Origin: Octopus vulgaris
Taxonomy: Eukaryota
Assembly: GCA_951406725.2 (NCBI GenBank)
Contig: OX597815.1
Coordinates: 106,888,001 to 106,952,000 of the forward strand
DNA: 64,000 nt
Direction of reading: 5' to 3'
Position 1 is the stretch's first letter. Each line of letters begins with the position of its first letter. The notes under the pieces are model-generated. The model did no database searches and had not been told where the DNA came from. It was given only the letters and a program-made list of their open reading frames with translations. This document shows positions 10,236-24,399 of this stretch, piece after piece. The translations under genes and the position numbers were made by a program.

Positions 10236-11160
10236 ATGTTTTCTGACTTATTTTCATTTCATTTCATTTCATATTCCGACCGGGTCTCTTCCAGAGACCT
10301 AAGGCACGTATATATTAGATGGAGAGAAACTTCCTGAGAAGGTGAGTGGTTGATGTCAACACAAATTTTTTGAGCCTCTTAGATTGTTGGCAGGGATCTG
10401 GTCAAAAAAATTGTTACTGCTTTTCTTGATAATTCCCAGGGTACCTACAACAACAGGGATGGTTTTGGTTTTTAATTGCCACGTTCTAGATAACTCACTT
10501 TCAAGGTCCTTATATTTAGACAAAGTGATAGTATGTTGTCAACTTAATGTGACAGTTTCATGAAAGGGAAGAATGCTACTGTTATTTATCCCAAGGAAAC
10601 AACGTTTTCTGTTGGACCTGACACATTTCCTGTGTCCTTATGTTTTCAAAATGGGGGATAAGCACCTCCACCCAGCAAAGCCAGATTCCAGAAACTAGTT
10701 TCAGAGTCATTGCTCATCATCAGTCTGAAGTAGCATGGATGCTACTGCATAAATCTCTCCGAGAGATTTAGAAATGTATTATTTCTACTTATATTTAAAC
10801 AGTTTTTCAAATTCCTTTGCTGAGATGTTTCTATCAGTAGGTACTGTTATATCAATTAACAGACAAATTTTTTTTATCTTATGTAACGATGTCTGGTCTG
10901 TTAGCATTTATTTGCCTGACTGTATATATCCTATAATCCCATAGGATGGTAACATTCTCTTCCTCAGTGACTGGCTCTTGATGGTCTTCATACCAGTCCT
11001 TAGGGTACGGGGTATCATATACGCCCCAGAGCAAGTATTGGCCAACTCGGTTATGCTTAATTTTATACTCTGTAGGAGCAAGGACTAAGCTACAGACAAC
11101 AATGTGGTCAATACTCCCAAGTTTGTCATTGCAGAGTCTACACTGTGTCTACCTCATTGT
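10236..11160 (-). mobile_element. 3' fragment of an R4/Dong-type non-LTR retrotransposon (RLE domain), interrupted at about 10525-10790
   Basis: Minus-strand peptides HNRVGQYL, TILWDY..NANRPDI, CLLIDITVPTDRNISAKEFEK, KYKDL..TIPVVVGTLG. The 3' UTR runs into (GAA)n. Confidence 0.85.
10689..10727 (-). ncRNA. Minimal type I hammerhead ribozyme inside the insertion that interrupts the RLE LINE
   Basis: caga CTGATGA tgagcaatgactct GAAA ctag TT tctg; canonical core and palindromic stem III. Confidence 0.8.
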
Positions 11161-11431
11161 ACATGGCATTAAGTTGATACAGGGGATTGTTTAAATAAGC
11201 TCTTCGTAAGATCCTACTCAGTATGAGGATGCCTACATGGAGTGAAATAGCTTTAGGATCTATCGAAGGACTTATTTAAGCAATCACCTGAGGAGGCGTA
11301 TTTTACTCCTTGGGTGGATGATAAGAATAATACAACATTTGACCAATATGCTACGCATGTAAAAGTGTGCCTAAACGATTGTAGTGATTTTAAATAAAGA
11401 ACTTCGTTAATTTCATTTTATATCATTTATC

Positions 11432-11524
<93 letters not shown>

Positions 11525-12095
11525 CATCATCATCATATGGAGGTCCAAAATATTGCAATAAATAAAATTTGTTTTTATTGTTACATTATCTCAATTTTCG
11601 ATTTAAAAAAAAGCTTTGTCAAAGAGATACATAAGCAAAGTTGAATAGACAGACGAACAGATATATCGAATGTTTCTGTCGAAGCCCAAAGGCCAGGTTA
11701 TAGTAGCAGAATTCAGATATTCCCGCCAGTCAGTAGACAAATTGACAGCAAGATTCATTGTGTCACGGAGATGAAAGCAGTTGATATTACATAAAAGAGT
11801 TTACTAGAATTACCTCTGATCATCATGGCTTGATGTGTTACAGTATAAATATATTTCTTTCTTCAAATGACGTTTGAAGCATTCAAAGGAAATTCGAAAT
11901 TTGAAGAAATTTAGAAGACCAAAACAATCCGATTAATAAAATACATACACGCTTACACGCATACACGCACATGCAAATATACATACAATATATATATATA
12001 TATATATATATACAATAAGTATGCACACACACACACACACATATATATATACATATATATATTCATGCATACGCACACGCACACGAACGCACACA

Positions 12096-12141
<46 letters not shown>

Positions 12142-12144
12142 TCT

Positions 12145-12391
12145 TTCTCTCTTTTCTCTTTTACTTGTTTCAGTCATTTGACTGCGGCCATGCTGGAGCA
12201 CCGCCTTTAGTCGAGCAAATCGACCCCGGGACTTATTCATTGTAAGCCCAGTACTTATTCTATCGGTCTCTTTTGCCGAACCGCTAAGTGACGGGGACGT
12301 AAACACACCAGCATCGGTTGTCAAGCAATGCTAGGGGGACAAACACACACACATACACACATATATATATATACATATATACGACAGGCTT

Positions 12392-12393
<2 letters not shown>
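12145..12393 (-). mobile_element. 3' half of a second abundant SINE family (CORE-like, tRNA-derived)
   Basis: cttgtttcagtcatttgactgcggccatgctggagcacc...ccgaaccgctaagt is the reverse complement of the 3' parts at 19905-20067, 46990-47139 and 63780-63960. Confidence 0.85.
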
Positions 12394-12462
<69 letters not shown>

Positions 12463-12497
12463 GTGTGAATTTGTGTGTATATTTATTTTCAATCTCA

Positions 12498-12539
<42 letters not shown>

Positions 12540-12624
12540 GTCTATATATATAAACATGTGTGTACACACGCGCGCGCACACACTCACATACACACAAACA
12601 CACTCACACACGCACGCACACACA

Positions 12625-12657
<33 letters not shown>

Positions 12658-12907
12658 TCGTCGAGCGATCACATCTTATGTTTTTAAACGAAGGCATACA
12701 ATAGAGAAATATTGTTTGTTGTTTTGAATATATCTACAAAGATACATACATGCGCCAACATGTTTACGATTATCTATATTTTCCGTGCGTGTTTATAGTA
12801 ATAATCTCTCTCAAATCACTTTATATCACATGTACACACACGCCTGATCACACTCACACATGCACATATATATATTATATACATACCGATTACATGTACG
12901 TACGTAC

Positions 12908-12938
<31 letters not shown>

Positions 12939-13059
12939 TGTATGTATGTATGTATATGTACATGAATGTGTACTGATAAAATAGTTGAAATATCCCTTAC
13001 AATGCAAGCAGCAGTCCAAAAGCCAACTATAATGCAAATTCATTTATGATGTTTTATTG

Positions 13060-13265
13060 TATTATAGTTTTTTGTGGTAAAATAATATGTCGAATCCTAA
13101 AGGTGAGCAAGCCTAAAACCGTATGATAGTGATTCATGCCTTGATTGCTGATGATATCTTGCAGATAAACAGTTGATAAGGCTTGCACAATATGATGGGT
13201 AATTGTTATAACATGTAGAACACAACTATTGTGGAATTCTTGGTGTGTACATAATATTTTACAAG
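13060..13265 (-). mobile_element. Highly decayed RLE-LINE zinc-knuckle fragment
   Basis: CVLHVITITHHIVQALSTVYL..NQ resembles the C..C....ET..HI...C......Y..RH.Q motif; it lies between (TATG)n tracts. Confidence 0.35.
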
Positions 13266-13575
13266 CATGTATGTATGTATGTATGTATGTATGTATGTAT
13301 GTATGTATGTATGTATGTATGTATGTATGTATGTATGTATGTATGTGTGTATGTATGTATGTATGTATGTATGCATGCATGTATGTATGTATGTATGTAT
13401 GTATGTATGTCATTATTCTGTTTATTTCAAGATTCTTGCCAATAGAGAAAGAACTGTTTTCTAAGCTAGATCTGAGGCTCCTTCATTGGAAATTCAACAT
13501 CAACAACAGGGTATTTTGTTTGAATACATGCATGCATGCATGTATGCATGTATGCATGTATGTATGTATGTATGC

Positions 13576-13608
<33 letters not shown>

Positions 13609-13656
13609 TGTATGTATGTATGTATGTATGTATGTATGTATGTATGTATGTATGTA

Positions 13657-14872
13657 CAGATCTGTTTGTTTTATGTATGTATTCTCATGCATATAGTTAC
13701 ATATCTAGACATGCTCATATAAACTTAAATGACGAATGTCTGGAAAGTTTTACATATTTTTACGGTTCCAGTGATGGATTGGATCTATAATCTTCGAATT
13801 AGCTTTCTCCTTTCTTGTTTTGAGAAGCCTAATTTCTCAAGATTGGTATTTATGCAGTGTGTTACATATCCCAGGCCCCCATTAATTACAGGCATAAACC
13901 TGAACTTGTAATCTGGATAGAGTAACTACAGATTTCTCTCTAGCTCAGCATATGTGTTCTCTTTTTCATTGACCTTCAGCTTTATGTTAACATCCGGTGG
14001 GCAGCTAATTTCCCCAACTGTGCACAGTTTCTCTTCTCTATCCCAAATCATTATATCAAGTCTGTTGTTCTTACATTTTATTGAGGTCTTCACTGGTACA
14101 TTCCACCAGTATTCCTTTTTATTATGAGTAGCTATGGCTTCTACCATACTGTGGGTTCTTATTTCTTTGTTCTTGGGATTATTCTTCCGACGGATTTCAT
14201 TATAGAGTGTCCTAGCTACAACATAATGTCTCATCGGTAGATAAAACCGTGATGACATTTTCGGACAACTGCTTATGATGTGGGTGATATCTTTAGTGTG
14301 AACTCCACGAAGTCTGCATCGGTTGTCCCACTTTGCGAATTTACCTGCATCTCTATCCCTTTTGTGCATCAGGTACTTGGTTGATATTTCCTGTTCCTGA
14401 ATTGCAAACGCATACCTTTCAAAGTGGGAGGTAGTATTCCGGCTACTGGTCCATGATAAACTGCTTTGATGATCGATGTAACTATCATCACAGAGCTTTC
14501 TAGTAACATATCTATGCATAGTCTTCTGCTCATATAGGTTCGTCCTTTCATCTGATGATACGTTGCGGTAGAGTCGTGCGACTTCTTTGGGCATGTATTC
14601 TAGGTTATCAGACAAAGTGTGTTGCTCAAAGAGCTGCCTTCCAAGTCTTATGATGTTATCAGCTTCATGTATGCAAACTTGGTCAAGGGATGCACTTCGA
14701 CACTTGGTGGTTTAAAGATGTTGCCGAAGGAATATGATGCGACATTCAAAGGCATTTTGGATCGATGTTAAGCTTCTTCCACTTTGTTTTCGTTTTAGGT
14801 AGAGGCGATCTACATCCCTGTTTATGTGGAAATTATGTGTGCCATCAAGCGTCCAATCAAGCAGCCCAAATG
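13657..14872 (-). mobile_element. 5'-truncated R4/Dong-type LINE (thumb, CCHC knuckle, RLE endonuclease, 3' UTR)
   Basis: ORF 13926-14615 contains FAIQEQEISTKYL, CRLRG..DITHIISSCP..RH, NRLDIMIWD, EISCP..KE..Y. Upstream is DVDRLYLKRKQSGRSL. Both ends lie in (TATG)n. Confidence 0.92.
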
Positions 14873-15181
14873 TTGTATGTATGTATGTATGTATGTATGT
14901 ATGTATGTATGTATGTATGTATGCATGTATGCATGCATGCATGCGTGCATGTATGTATGTATGTATGTATGTATGTATGTATGTATGTATATTCTCTTCT
15001 GTTTTTAATTATTTGAATTCTTTTTCTGAGGCAGGAGCTGGGTTCTAGCAATGATTCAAAGCTCCATTGTTGGAATGTAGATAACGAAAACAATGCCACA
15101 TCTTAAACTTGAGAAACGTCTTGCACATTTTTACTTTTCCACGTGCAAATTGTATCTGTAAATTGCCAGCTGATTTCTTTT

Positions 15182-15965
15182 TCATGGACCAAAAACCGGA
15201 ATACTAACTCCCATTTTGGAGATTATGCGTTTGCAATCCAGGAACAGGAAGTATCAACCAAATACCTGATGTACAAAAGGGGCAGAGATCTAGGAAAAGC
15301 TATAAAATGTGAAAACTGATGCAAAATTTGTGGAGTTAACAGTGAAGATATCACCCAATTCATAAGCAGTTGTCCAAAAATGTCATCACAGTATTAGCTA
15401 TCGATAAGATATGATGCTGTAGCTAGGACACTGTATAACGAGATCAGTCGAGAGGATAGCCCCGAGAATAAAGAAATAAGAACCTACAGTATGGTAGAAG
15501 TAATAGCCGCTCATAATAAAATGGAATACTGGTGGAATATCCCGGTGAAAACCTCAATAAAATGTAAGCACAGTTGACCTGCTATAATGATTTGAGATAG
15601 AGAAGAGAAACAGTACCGTGGTGGAAATCAGCTGCCCAGTAGATGTCAACATAAAGCTGAAGATCAGTGAAAGTGAGAATACCTACGCTGAACTATTGAG
15701 AAATCTGCAGTTACAAGTTTAGGTTTAGACTTGTAATTATTGGGGCACTGGCATATGTAACACGCTGCCTAAATACCGATCTTAAGAAATTAGGCTTCTC
15801 AAAACCAGAAAGGAGAAAGTCACAGGTCCAAGCCATCATAGAAACTGTAAAAATCTGCAAAACTTTCCTGAAGTTAATCATTTAAGTATACATAAGTATA
15901 TCTAGATATGCAAGTACACGCATGAGAAGATATATATATAAACCAAAACATACAAATCTAGAGGT
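15182..15965 (+). mobile_element. Second, more decayed copy of the same R4/Dong-type LINE, in the opposite orientation
   Basis: Reverse-complement similarity to 13660-14455 (tatgcgtttgcaat(c)caggaacaggaa, cataagcagttgtcc, gaaatcagctgccca); it ends in (CATA)n. Confidence 0.9.
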
Positions 15966-16238
15966 ATATATGCATACATACATACACACATACATACATA
16001 CATACATACATACATACATACATACATACATACATACATGCATACCTACATACATACATACATACATACATACATACATACATACATACAGAAACACACA
16101 CATACATACATACATACATACACACATACAGACATACAGACAGACATACGTATATGCATACGTACATACATACATACTACATAGATACATACATATATAT
16201 ATGTATATATATATACACGTATATACATATACATATAC

Positions 16239-16297
<59 letters not shown>

Positions 16298-16825
16298 TAA
16301 ATATATATAAATCTTTTTCATCTTTAGCCTCCTTTTTCATAGGGGTCGATAAAATAAATACCAGTCAATTAATAGGATGGCAATGAAAATGAAAGGCGGG
16401 GCAATCGAATTATTCACCATACTCCTACACCAAAATGCATGACATTACGCCTAGTTTAGAAATCATTGTTTATTATCATTTCTCGGTTATTTAGTGTAAC
16501 TTACAACAAAAGTTAACCGGTCGTCTGAAAGCTGAAATACAAACCAACAAGTTGATAGATTTGCTTAAAAAAACTCCAATACATTTTCAATGTATGACAA
16601 ATAAAACAGTTTCTTTCCAATGTCACAGAATGGAAACAACGTTTATTTGTCTTATCGTTTACTTTTTATCTTACCTTATTTATTATTTCATTTTTTTTTC
16701 TCGTCTTCGGGATAAACAATTAAGTTGTATATTTAATCAAACTATGTCTTATATATACTAAATCATTAATTCCATTGAAAGTTGATGTTTTCAAGTGCGA
16801 AGTTTATTTTATCTGATCACCCACG

Positions 16826-16992
<167 letters not shown>

Positions 16993-18301
16993 TTAAGAAT
17001 TCCTATTTAATTCATCTTCTGTTTTGTTTCTCTTCCTAACAGATTTACAAAAGCGATTTACAAGAGAGTTTTGTTTTAATTCCTCTTACAGAGCTGCTGC
17101 CGTTATTGTCGACTGTGTAACTGTATTTGTCATTGCTAACCTTGTTTTATTTAAAGTATCTGCTCTTAAATAACTGTTGTTGTCGTTCCAGCTGCTGCCT
17201 CTGCAATATGTTGCTGTTGCCGTTGCCATCAGTTTTACAATTGTTATTGTTATTAATGTAGCTGACACACACACATGCACACACACGCACGCACACACAC
17301 ACACACACATGTATTATACACACTACAGATACATGCACAAAAGCATGCACACATATCTGTATATGTATGTGTGTGCGCGTGTGTATTATTCGTCTTGTTT
17401 TAAAGCGGAAACGTCACTTAGACAAGAAATCGTCCGTTCATCCACGTATTCCAATTCATTATTAGATAATTTATTAAGTGTGCAGTGATGCGGAATAATC
17501 TAATCTTCGACGTAAAATCAAAAGACTTCAAGTGACGCAAAGAGAGTGGTGTTGTTTCAGGAGATATTGGGTGGTAATACGTCAATCGATAAAATTTCGT
17601 CTGCTCCGTGCTTTTAAGAAACAAACGACAGTCAAAGAGTTATTTCAATATCTTCATCATCAGCAGCAATATCAACACTGCCAGCAGTAGAGTTATTAGC
17701 CGCGTGCTTTCATATGTTATAGGTGATGGAATAAAATTGTAGTCATATGAACTCTATAATTTGGTTCAGATTTTCATTCTGGTGACTATTCTTTATAATT
17801 TTTGCACGACTCTAGAAACCACTTTTGACAAACTATCTTTGTGGCTGAAGTAATCTGCTTCTACAGATATTGAGTGCAATATTTCTGTTGTAGTTCTGAT
17901 AAAGCGTTCACAATTGTAGCTTTACAAACAATTTTTATAGAAAATTTCTCTGCTCTGAATTATTTGTGGAAAGAAAAAACGTAGTCAGTAGTTATAAAGG
18001 TACTTCTAGATGAAGAGTTCTGAATTAACTGAATGCGATTAATATAACTAGTATATAGACTGAATTATAACAGATATAGTAGATGGGGGAGATAAACTAA
18101 AATAGATAAAGAAAATTTCCAAATGCATTTTGTTTTGTGGAGGAAGAATGATTAATATGTTAAATATGAGATATTGAAGATGGAATGCTCTATGAGACAA
18201 AAGGAAGAGCAGTGAGTGTCCTGAGTTGGTTTACGGTAACAATATCAGTTTTAGACGAGTAAATATTATTATTGTAGATTAACGGTGAAAGAATCAAAGT
18301 A

Positions 18302-18530
18302 CAGGGTTGACCAAAAGTAAATCAAAACCCATTTAATTCCAAGATTTATCTATGTTTAACAACTGAATGAGATTTCGCTAATAAATAGACAAAAGCTTTT
18401 TAAAAAACGGTAATTTTAACTCACAACATTTAATTATTAAACATTCATAATTGGAATGAATAAATAAAATTGAATATTAAGGTGTTCATGGAATTTTGAT
18501 TTACTATCGGGGGACTTTTGGCCAACCCTG
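18302..18530. mobile_element. Tc1/mariner-type MITE
   Basis: 17-bp terminal inverted repeats (TIRs) CAGGGTTGACCAAAAGT / ACTTTTGGCCAACCCTG (1 mismatch), flanked by TA on both sides. Confidence 0.88.
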
Positions 18531-19737
18531 TATATACTTATTTTGAATGCAAGCTAGATGTTACATGCTGAAATTGAATAACATAATGTTGTTCAATACG
18601 ACAAGCTGCTCTTACAGTGGAAATTCCCAGATGAGCAGAAGCACAAGGCCGTCGTACAAATTCTTTTGCGATATTCAGTCACGATTCTTATATACTGAGT
18701 TCAAATCCCGTCAAAGTCAACTTTACCTTTCATCGTTTTGTACTAGTCAGAGCATTCTAGACATGAATGGTGTTACACTAGAAGACTATAATTTACTGAG
18801 CGTTAAAAATTTTCGATTTTTTTTAATGACCTGAATTTGAATTCATGTTTGCTTTCTGGAACTACATCAATGAATTTTCCAGTTTTTTGTATTTGAAGTT
18901 TTGGTCGTCCCGGGATTAAAGTTGAAGAAATTTACCCAAGATGCCGTGCAGCGTGGTTGAACCCGAAACCATGTGGTTGCAAAGCAAACTCCTTAATCAC
19001 ACAATCATGCCACCGTCAAATTGCATTTGAAATATCAATCTATATTCTAGACCGGTCTACAAGTAGAGTATGAAGATTTCGAATTTACACTCCAATTGTT
19101 CCAGTGTCATCTCCTTCCTCTTGACATCCTGTAATATTTTTTTTTACTGAAGTTTATGATAATGTTTGCTGCGTTGACGTGAATAAAATTGTTCTGAACG
19201 AATATGTAAAACTTACTGGAGTGGCAGAGAGTTTGAAGCATGGTTTCAGAACTCAATGATATAGCAACTATTTATGTCAAGATCAATTCTTGTAAAATGA
19301 TCTATGACAAAAAACTGCTGAATTGGATTCGATCATTCAACTGTGACAATGCTAGTGTATCTCCTTCAAGTGCATCGTTGAATTTATAGATTGTAATACT
19401 TGACTGGTACTTGTTTTATACAAGGGGGTGAAAGAAATCAACACAGGTCTTAACACAGGACGTACGAGGTATACATATATTTTAGAATTGGAAATCAGTG
19501 TAAACTACAAGCACTCATACACAAGCATAAACATATACACAAACACACTCAGACACTTTCAGTAATGCTCATAATAAGGTCAAATATATACATTTTCAAA
19601 CGAGCACACACACACAAACGTTGAAATGATTTTATTAAATATATAAAGAGAATTGAGCAAGAAGTTCCATTGACCACGAGTTACCTGGTTAAACAATTTT
19701 CAGTAAGGCAAGAAAATTTTAAAATTATTCAGACTAA

Positions 19738-20067
19738 GCGTAGGGGTGGCTGTGTGATAAGAAGTTTGCTTCCCAACAACATGGTCCCGAGTTCTACTAT
19801 AACCCGGGACGACCAAAGCCTTGTGGGTGTATTTCGTAGACGGAAACTGAAAGAAATCCGTCATGTATATATATATATATATATATATACATATATATAT
19901 GTCGGTGTGTTTACGTCTCGGTAACTTAGCGGTTCGGAAAAAGAACCGACAGGATAAGTACCAACTTTAAAAAAATAAGTACTGGGTGTTGATTCGTTTG
20001 ACTTAAAATTCTCCAAGGTGGGGCTCCAGCATAGTTGTAGTCTAATAACTGAAACAAGTGAAAGATA
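19738..20067 (+). mobile_element. CORE-like SINE, near full length with internal deletions
   Basis: A-box gtggctgtgtg(a)taagaag, internal (TA)n, and 3' gactgaaacaagtgaaaga-like end. Confidence 0.8.
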
Positions 20068-20290
20068 ACTTTTGAAGTTAGTTAAATAAAGTGTTTCATG
20101 CAATCGTATATTTTATTGTTTTACTTACAAGTTGTGAGAAATATCTGTCCATTATCTAAAATTCTTGATGCTTGGCTAACTAAAATTATTGGTACATCCT
20201 ATTTTCCTCTTTCACTAATTCTAGCCATCAAACTGTGGCCATGGTGAGCAATGAAATTTTGGAATGGAGAGAGTAATGAAATTTTTTGTA

Positions 20291-20700
20291 CCATATTTGC
20301 TGGCGTATAAAACGCTCTGTTTAATTTTAGACGAATCAAAAAATTGCTCCGCGTTTAATGCAACCGAATCATGAGTGGAGCGGCAGTTATGTGGAGAGGT
20401 GCGTGGTGCAATTCTCTTGACCAAAATATAAATAACTATTGAGTTGATCTGAAAGGAAATAAAGCTGAGGTATGGTAGTTCCATGACGTAGTTTGTAATA
20501 AAGTTATGGCTTCATATTTTATTCCAGTATACCGTCACAATATTGTGTTTACATGCACAGAAACATACATTTGCCCGGTAAAATTATTTCAAAATATCTT
20601 TCAATGTTTGTATAATGAAACATCCTAAATTTGTTTTTCCTCCAAAATATACTTGCAAAATAAGGACGCTGGAGTGCGTCTTATTCGCCGGCAAATACGG
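20291..20700. mobile_element. Non-autonomous DNA transposon with CCGTA-type TIRs (Tc2/pogo-like)
   Basis: Left ccatatttgctggcgtataaaacgctc and right gtgcgtcttattcgccggcaaatacgg are imperfect inverted repeats; TA on the left side. Confidence 0.7.
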
Positions 20701-20975
20701 CAAGTTGATGTCGCTTTCAGTTAAGCAATAAGTACATCTCGGATTTACCTCATAAGTGTTAGTACTACCGCCGCACGACGGTAAATGTAAGCATTAATAA
20801 GTATGCGTTCATGTCAAAGTAAATATTTTCTTAAAATACATATACGTAAAGAAATTTAAAAAATAAGTGAATTTGAAAATTAATTAATTATGTAAATAAT
20901 CAAAATATCACATATACATTCGACATATTTTATAGAAAACTATGAAATATGGGTATATTTAGGATAAAGCGTTTC

Positions 20976-21076
<101 letters not shown>

Positions 21077-21152
21077 CATATTACATATATGCATAAATAT
21101 ATATACATATACATACTACATATATGCATAAATATATATACATATACATACA

Positions 21153-21226
<74 letters not shown>

Positions 21227-21568
21227 AATGTATGTATGTATTTGAAAGTAATAGTGAAGAGATAAAATTAAATAAAGTTTATGAATATCAATCAAATAGA
21301 TACATTTATCTCTGATAAATGGATATATTAGCGATTAGTATTGAGATAGTACATGCGATAAAAACATATTTCTAAGGCTACTTAAAATGCTGCAAGCGCA
21401 AGATAAACGAATCTTGTTTAATAAAAGTACTGACGAAATAATTTAGTGATGTCAGTGAACAAATTATGAAGATTGAATTAAATACTTGCTTTTAAATACA
21501 AATTAATGATATAAAATGGACTATAGGAAGACCATAAGACTTAAGTGTTGATGAGTCATAGTAATTTT

Positions 21569-21619
<51 letters not shown>

Positions 21620-21623
<4 letters not shown>

Positions 21624-22412
21624 GAAAGAATGGAGTCGAACGAAGATGTTAACAAAATTCCTTTACTCTCGACATATGTTTCGAAGACAACATGGTTTCA
21701 TTCCAAAGGAATAAAGGGTGCATTATGCAATCTTCTCACCAGGAAAGAAAGGGAGCCTCTCTCGACAACAAGACAAACAAAAATTTCGATGAGTGCCTAC
21801 ATGGTAAACAAAACGATAATGAGTGTTTTTAAAAAAACCGTTAGAAGAATTGACGTCAAAGATAGATAGTAGGAAGAGAAGGGTTAAAGGAATAATAGGT
21901 AGGGAACAAGTGGAGAGGGAAGGGTACGTTGATTGAAAGAATGTTCGAAGGCTTAGGAAAGAATTTCGCTATTGAAGTGGAGTGCACGTTAAGCTAATTG
22001 CTCAAACCACAGTGACTATCGTTATCATTTATATGAGTAAAAAGTATGTGGGTCCGTAGAGATACTCCTAATGCGTTTGATGTACTAATGGGCAGTACAG
22101 ACAGCGCCCAGATAGCCGATTTGGTCGGAATTTATATTCTTTATGAAATGGCCGACCAATTCCCGGACATCTGTAGAGGTCTTTATCGCGACGATCGTCT
22201 GCTTTACCTACAAAACGTTTCGAATCAAAAAATACAGAAGGTTAAGAACAGATTAGTTAGGTTTTTTAGTAGAATGGGCTTGCGCATCGTTTTTGACGAT
22301 GAATTAACTAAAGCAAACTTCTTAGACATTACCCTCAATTTACAGAATAACTCATACTTCCCTTATCATAAACCTTTTTCCATGCTGACGATAAACATAG
22401 GATAATTCATTC
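21620..22412 (+). mobile_element. Penelope-like element fragment: inverted pLTR (about 21620-22000) plus an RT fragment (22046-22390)
   Basis: FDVLMGSTDSAQIADLVGIYIL, GLYRDD and FLDITLNL..SY.PYHKP are PLE reverse transcriptase (RT) motifs. (TA)n on both sides; HHR on the opposite strand upstream. Confidence 0.88.
21666..21747 (-). ncRNA. Type I hammerhead ribozyme with long loop II (A6G variant)
   Basis: ctttc CTGGTGA gaaga..tcttc GAAA catatg TC gagag. Confidence 0.7.
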
Positions 22413-22413
22413 A

Positions 22414-22461
<48 letters not shown>

Positions 22462-22600
22462 CACATACATATATTGACAGGGAAGAGGATATTATTTTAA
22501 ACGTAGTACACAAGACACGTCTAAGGTTAACGCACACATACACACATATATATACACATGCACAAATGCATATTATATATACATACATACATACATGCAT

Positions 22601-22642
<42 letters not shown>

Positions 22643-22666
22643 CTGTACGAGCTTGTATATATATAT

Positions 22667-22726
<60 letters not shown>

Positions 22727-23800
22727 CTCATGCATGCACACACACACACATGTCCGCGCGCATGCAATTAACTAACTTCAGGAGAAGTGAGGGGGGAAAG
22801 TATTTATTTTAGATATTCACAATTGTTTCGTAAACTCTATTCAGTTACTTTATTGACGCTAAAGCATCATACTCACAAATAAGTATACATATAGATGTAC
22901 TCATATAGTTGTATTGTAACAGTGATTAGGAACTCTCGCTACGCGGCGAGAGGAGAGCAGGAGAATTCTTCAGAAACGGAACTCCCATCAAACAAGTGAT
23001 TCAGCACTATGATTTATGACACTCTAAGGAAGCCGGGTCCACCTCGATGGGTACTCCTTGATGTCTTCTTGCTGTTATTTAAATGCCACCTTTAGTGGGG
23101 ATTGAACACGGAATCTTGGGTGAGCTTATTGCTTGGCCACACAGACCACCGCACGAACTTGCATTGTTTCAAGCTGGGTTTCTTCCTTTTATGTTTAGTG
23201 GCTTGCTGTGTTCCTTTTCAGTTTCAATTCCATCTGCCATTCCTTTTCTCCCATAACCATATTGAGCTCTTCGGCTGTTTCATTGTCGCTATTCTTTTGC
23301 GACCCTTGATTCTGAGCTGACTTAATAGTTTGCATATGGATGCTGCGACAAATTCCAATGTATCAACTTTCACACTGAAGTTGTGGAAGTTTCACAATGT
23401 CACTCTTCACAACATTTTATGGGCATTAAATAATTGGCTCTGTTCAACGTAGCTGCGTCGACTCAATTTATACCAAGTGACATAAGATGTACTTGTTTAC
23501 AGTGTACATTTTTATAAACCAGAAATGTCCGTTACAGGAAGGCATTAACGAGTAAATAAAATTCATATAAGTAAAAGTAAATAAGATAAATAAAATATGG
23601 TAAAATATTTAACCAGCCTCTTGTTTATCAAAATTTAGCCAGAGAAAACCTACAAAGGGTTGGAGAGATGAAATACGATTAATTAAAAAGCAGAGTAAAC
23701 TACAAGCGCTCATACACAAACATAAACATATACACAAACATACTCATACACTTTATTCATGCACGTCATAAATAAAGTCAAAAACATACATTTTCAAACG

Positions 23801-23850
<50 letters not shown>

Positions 23851-24399
23851 AACACATACACACAAACACATACACACACACACACACACATTAATCATTA
23901 GCATGTATGCTAATGACCAAACAAGTTTGTATAGTAGTTTGAGGTTTAGCAGAGACAAATACACTGAGGCAAAAGGGGACAACAGAATGATTAAAGTGTC
24001 ACGCTAGAGTGGTTTCAGAGTTCAAGTTCTACACGTATACATTGTCATGCACCCACCCAAACACACACATACACACATACGCGTGCGCACACAGATATAC
24101 ACATACATCATATGCATATCCACACATAGTCGTACAATACTAACAGATGTATACTTGCATACACTTAGACTCACCTATCCAGATACAAGTGTGAGTCAGA
24201 AAGCATGTAAATTTTTTATATGCATTAGTTCTGACTCATCCTCGTACATTTATGTACTGTAGAAACATCTCTCTCACACTCACACACATACACAAATATA
24301 CACATACATATAGAACTCGTATTGATGTAGTCATGGTCGACTGCTACAAAACTGTTGTGGAGGACAACCCTAGTGAGAGAAGTGGACTGTTCCACCGCA

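Noticed and set aside
11211-11260. gatccta...GAAA tagct..taggatc hammerhead-like scaffold
   Set aside because: No CUGAnGA in the right position; at most a deleted relic.
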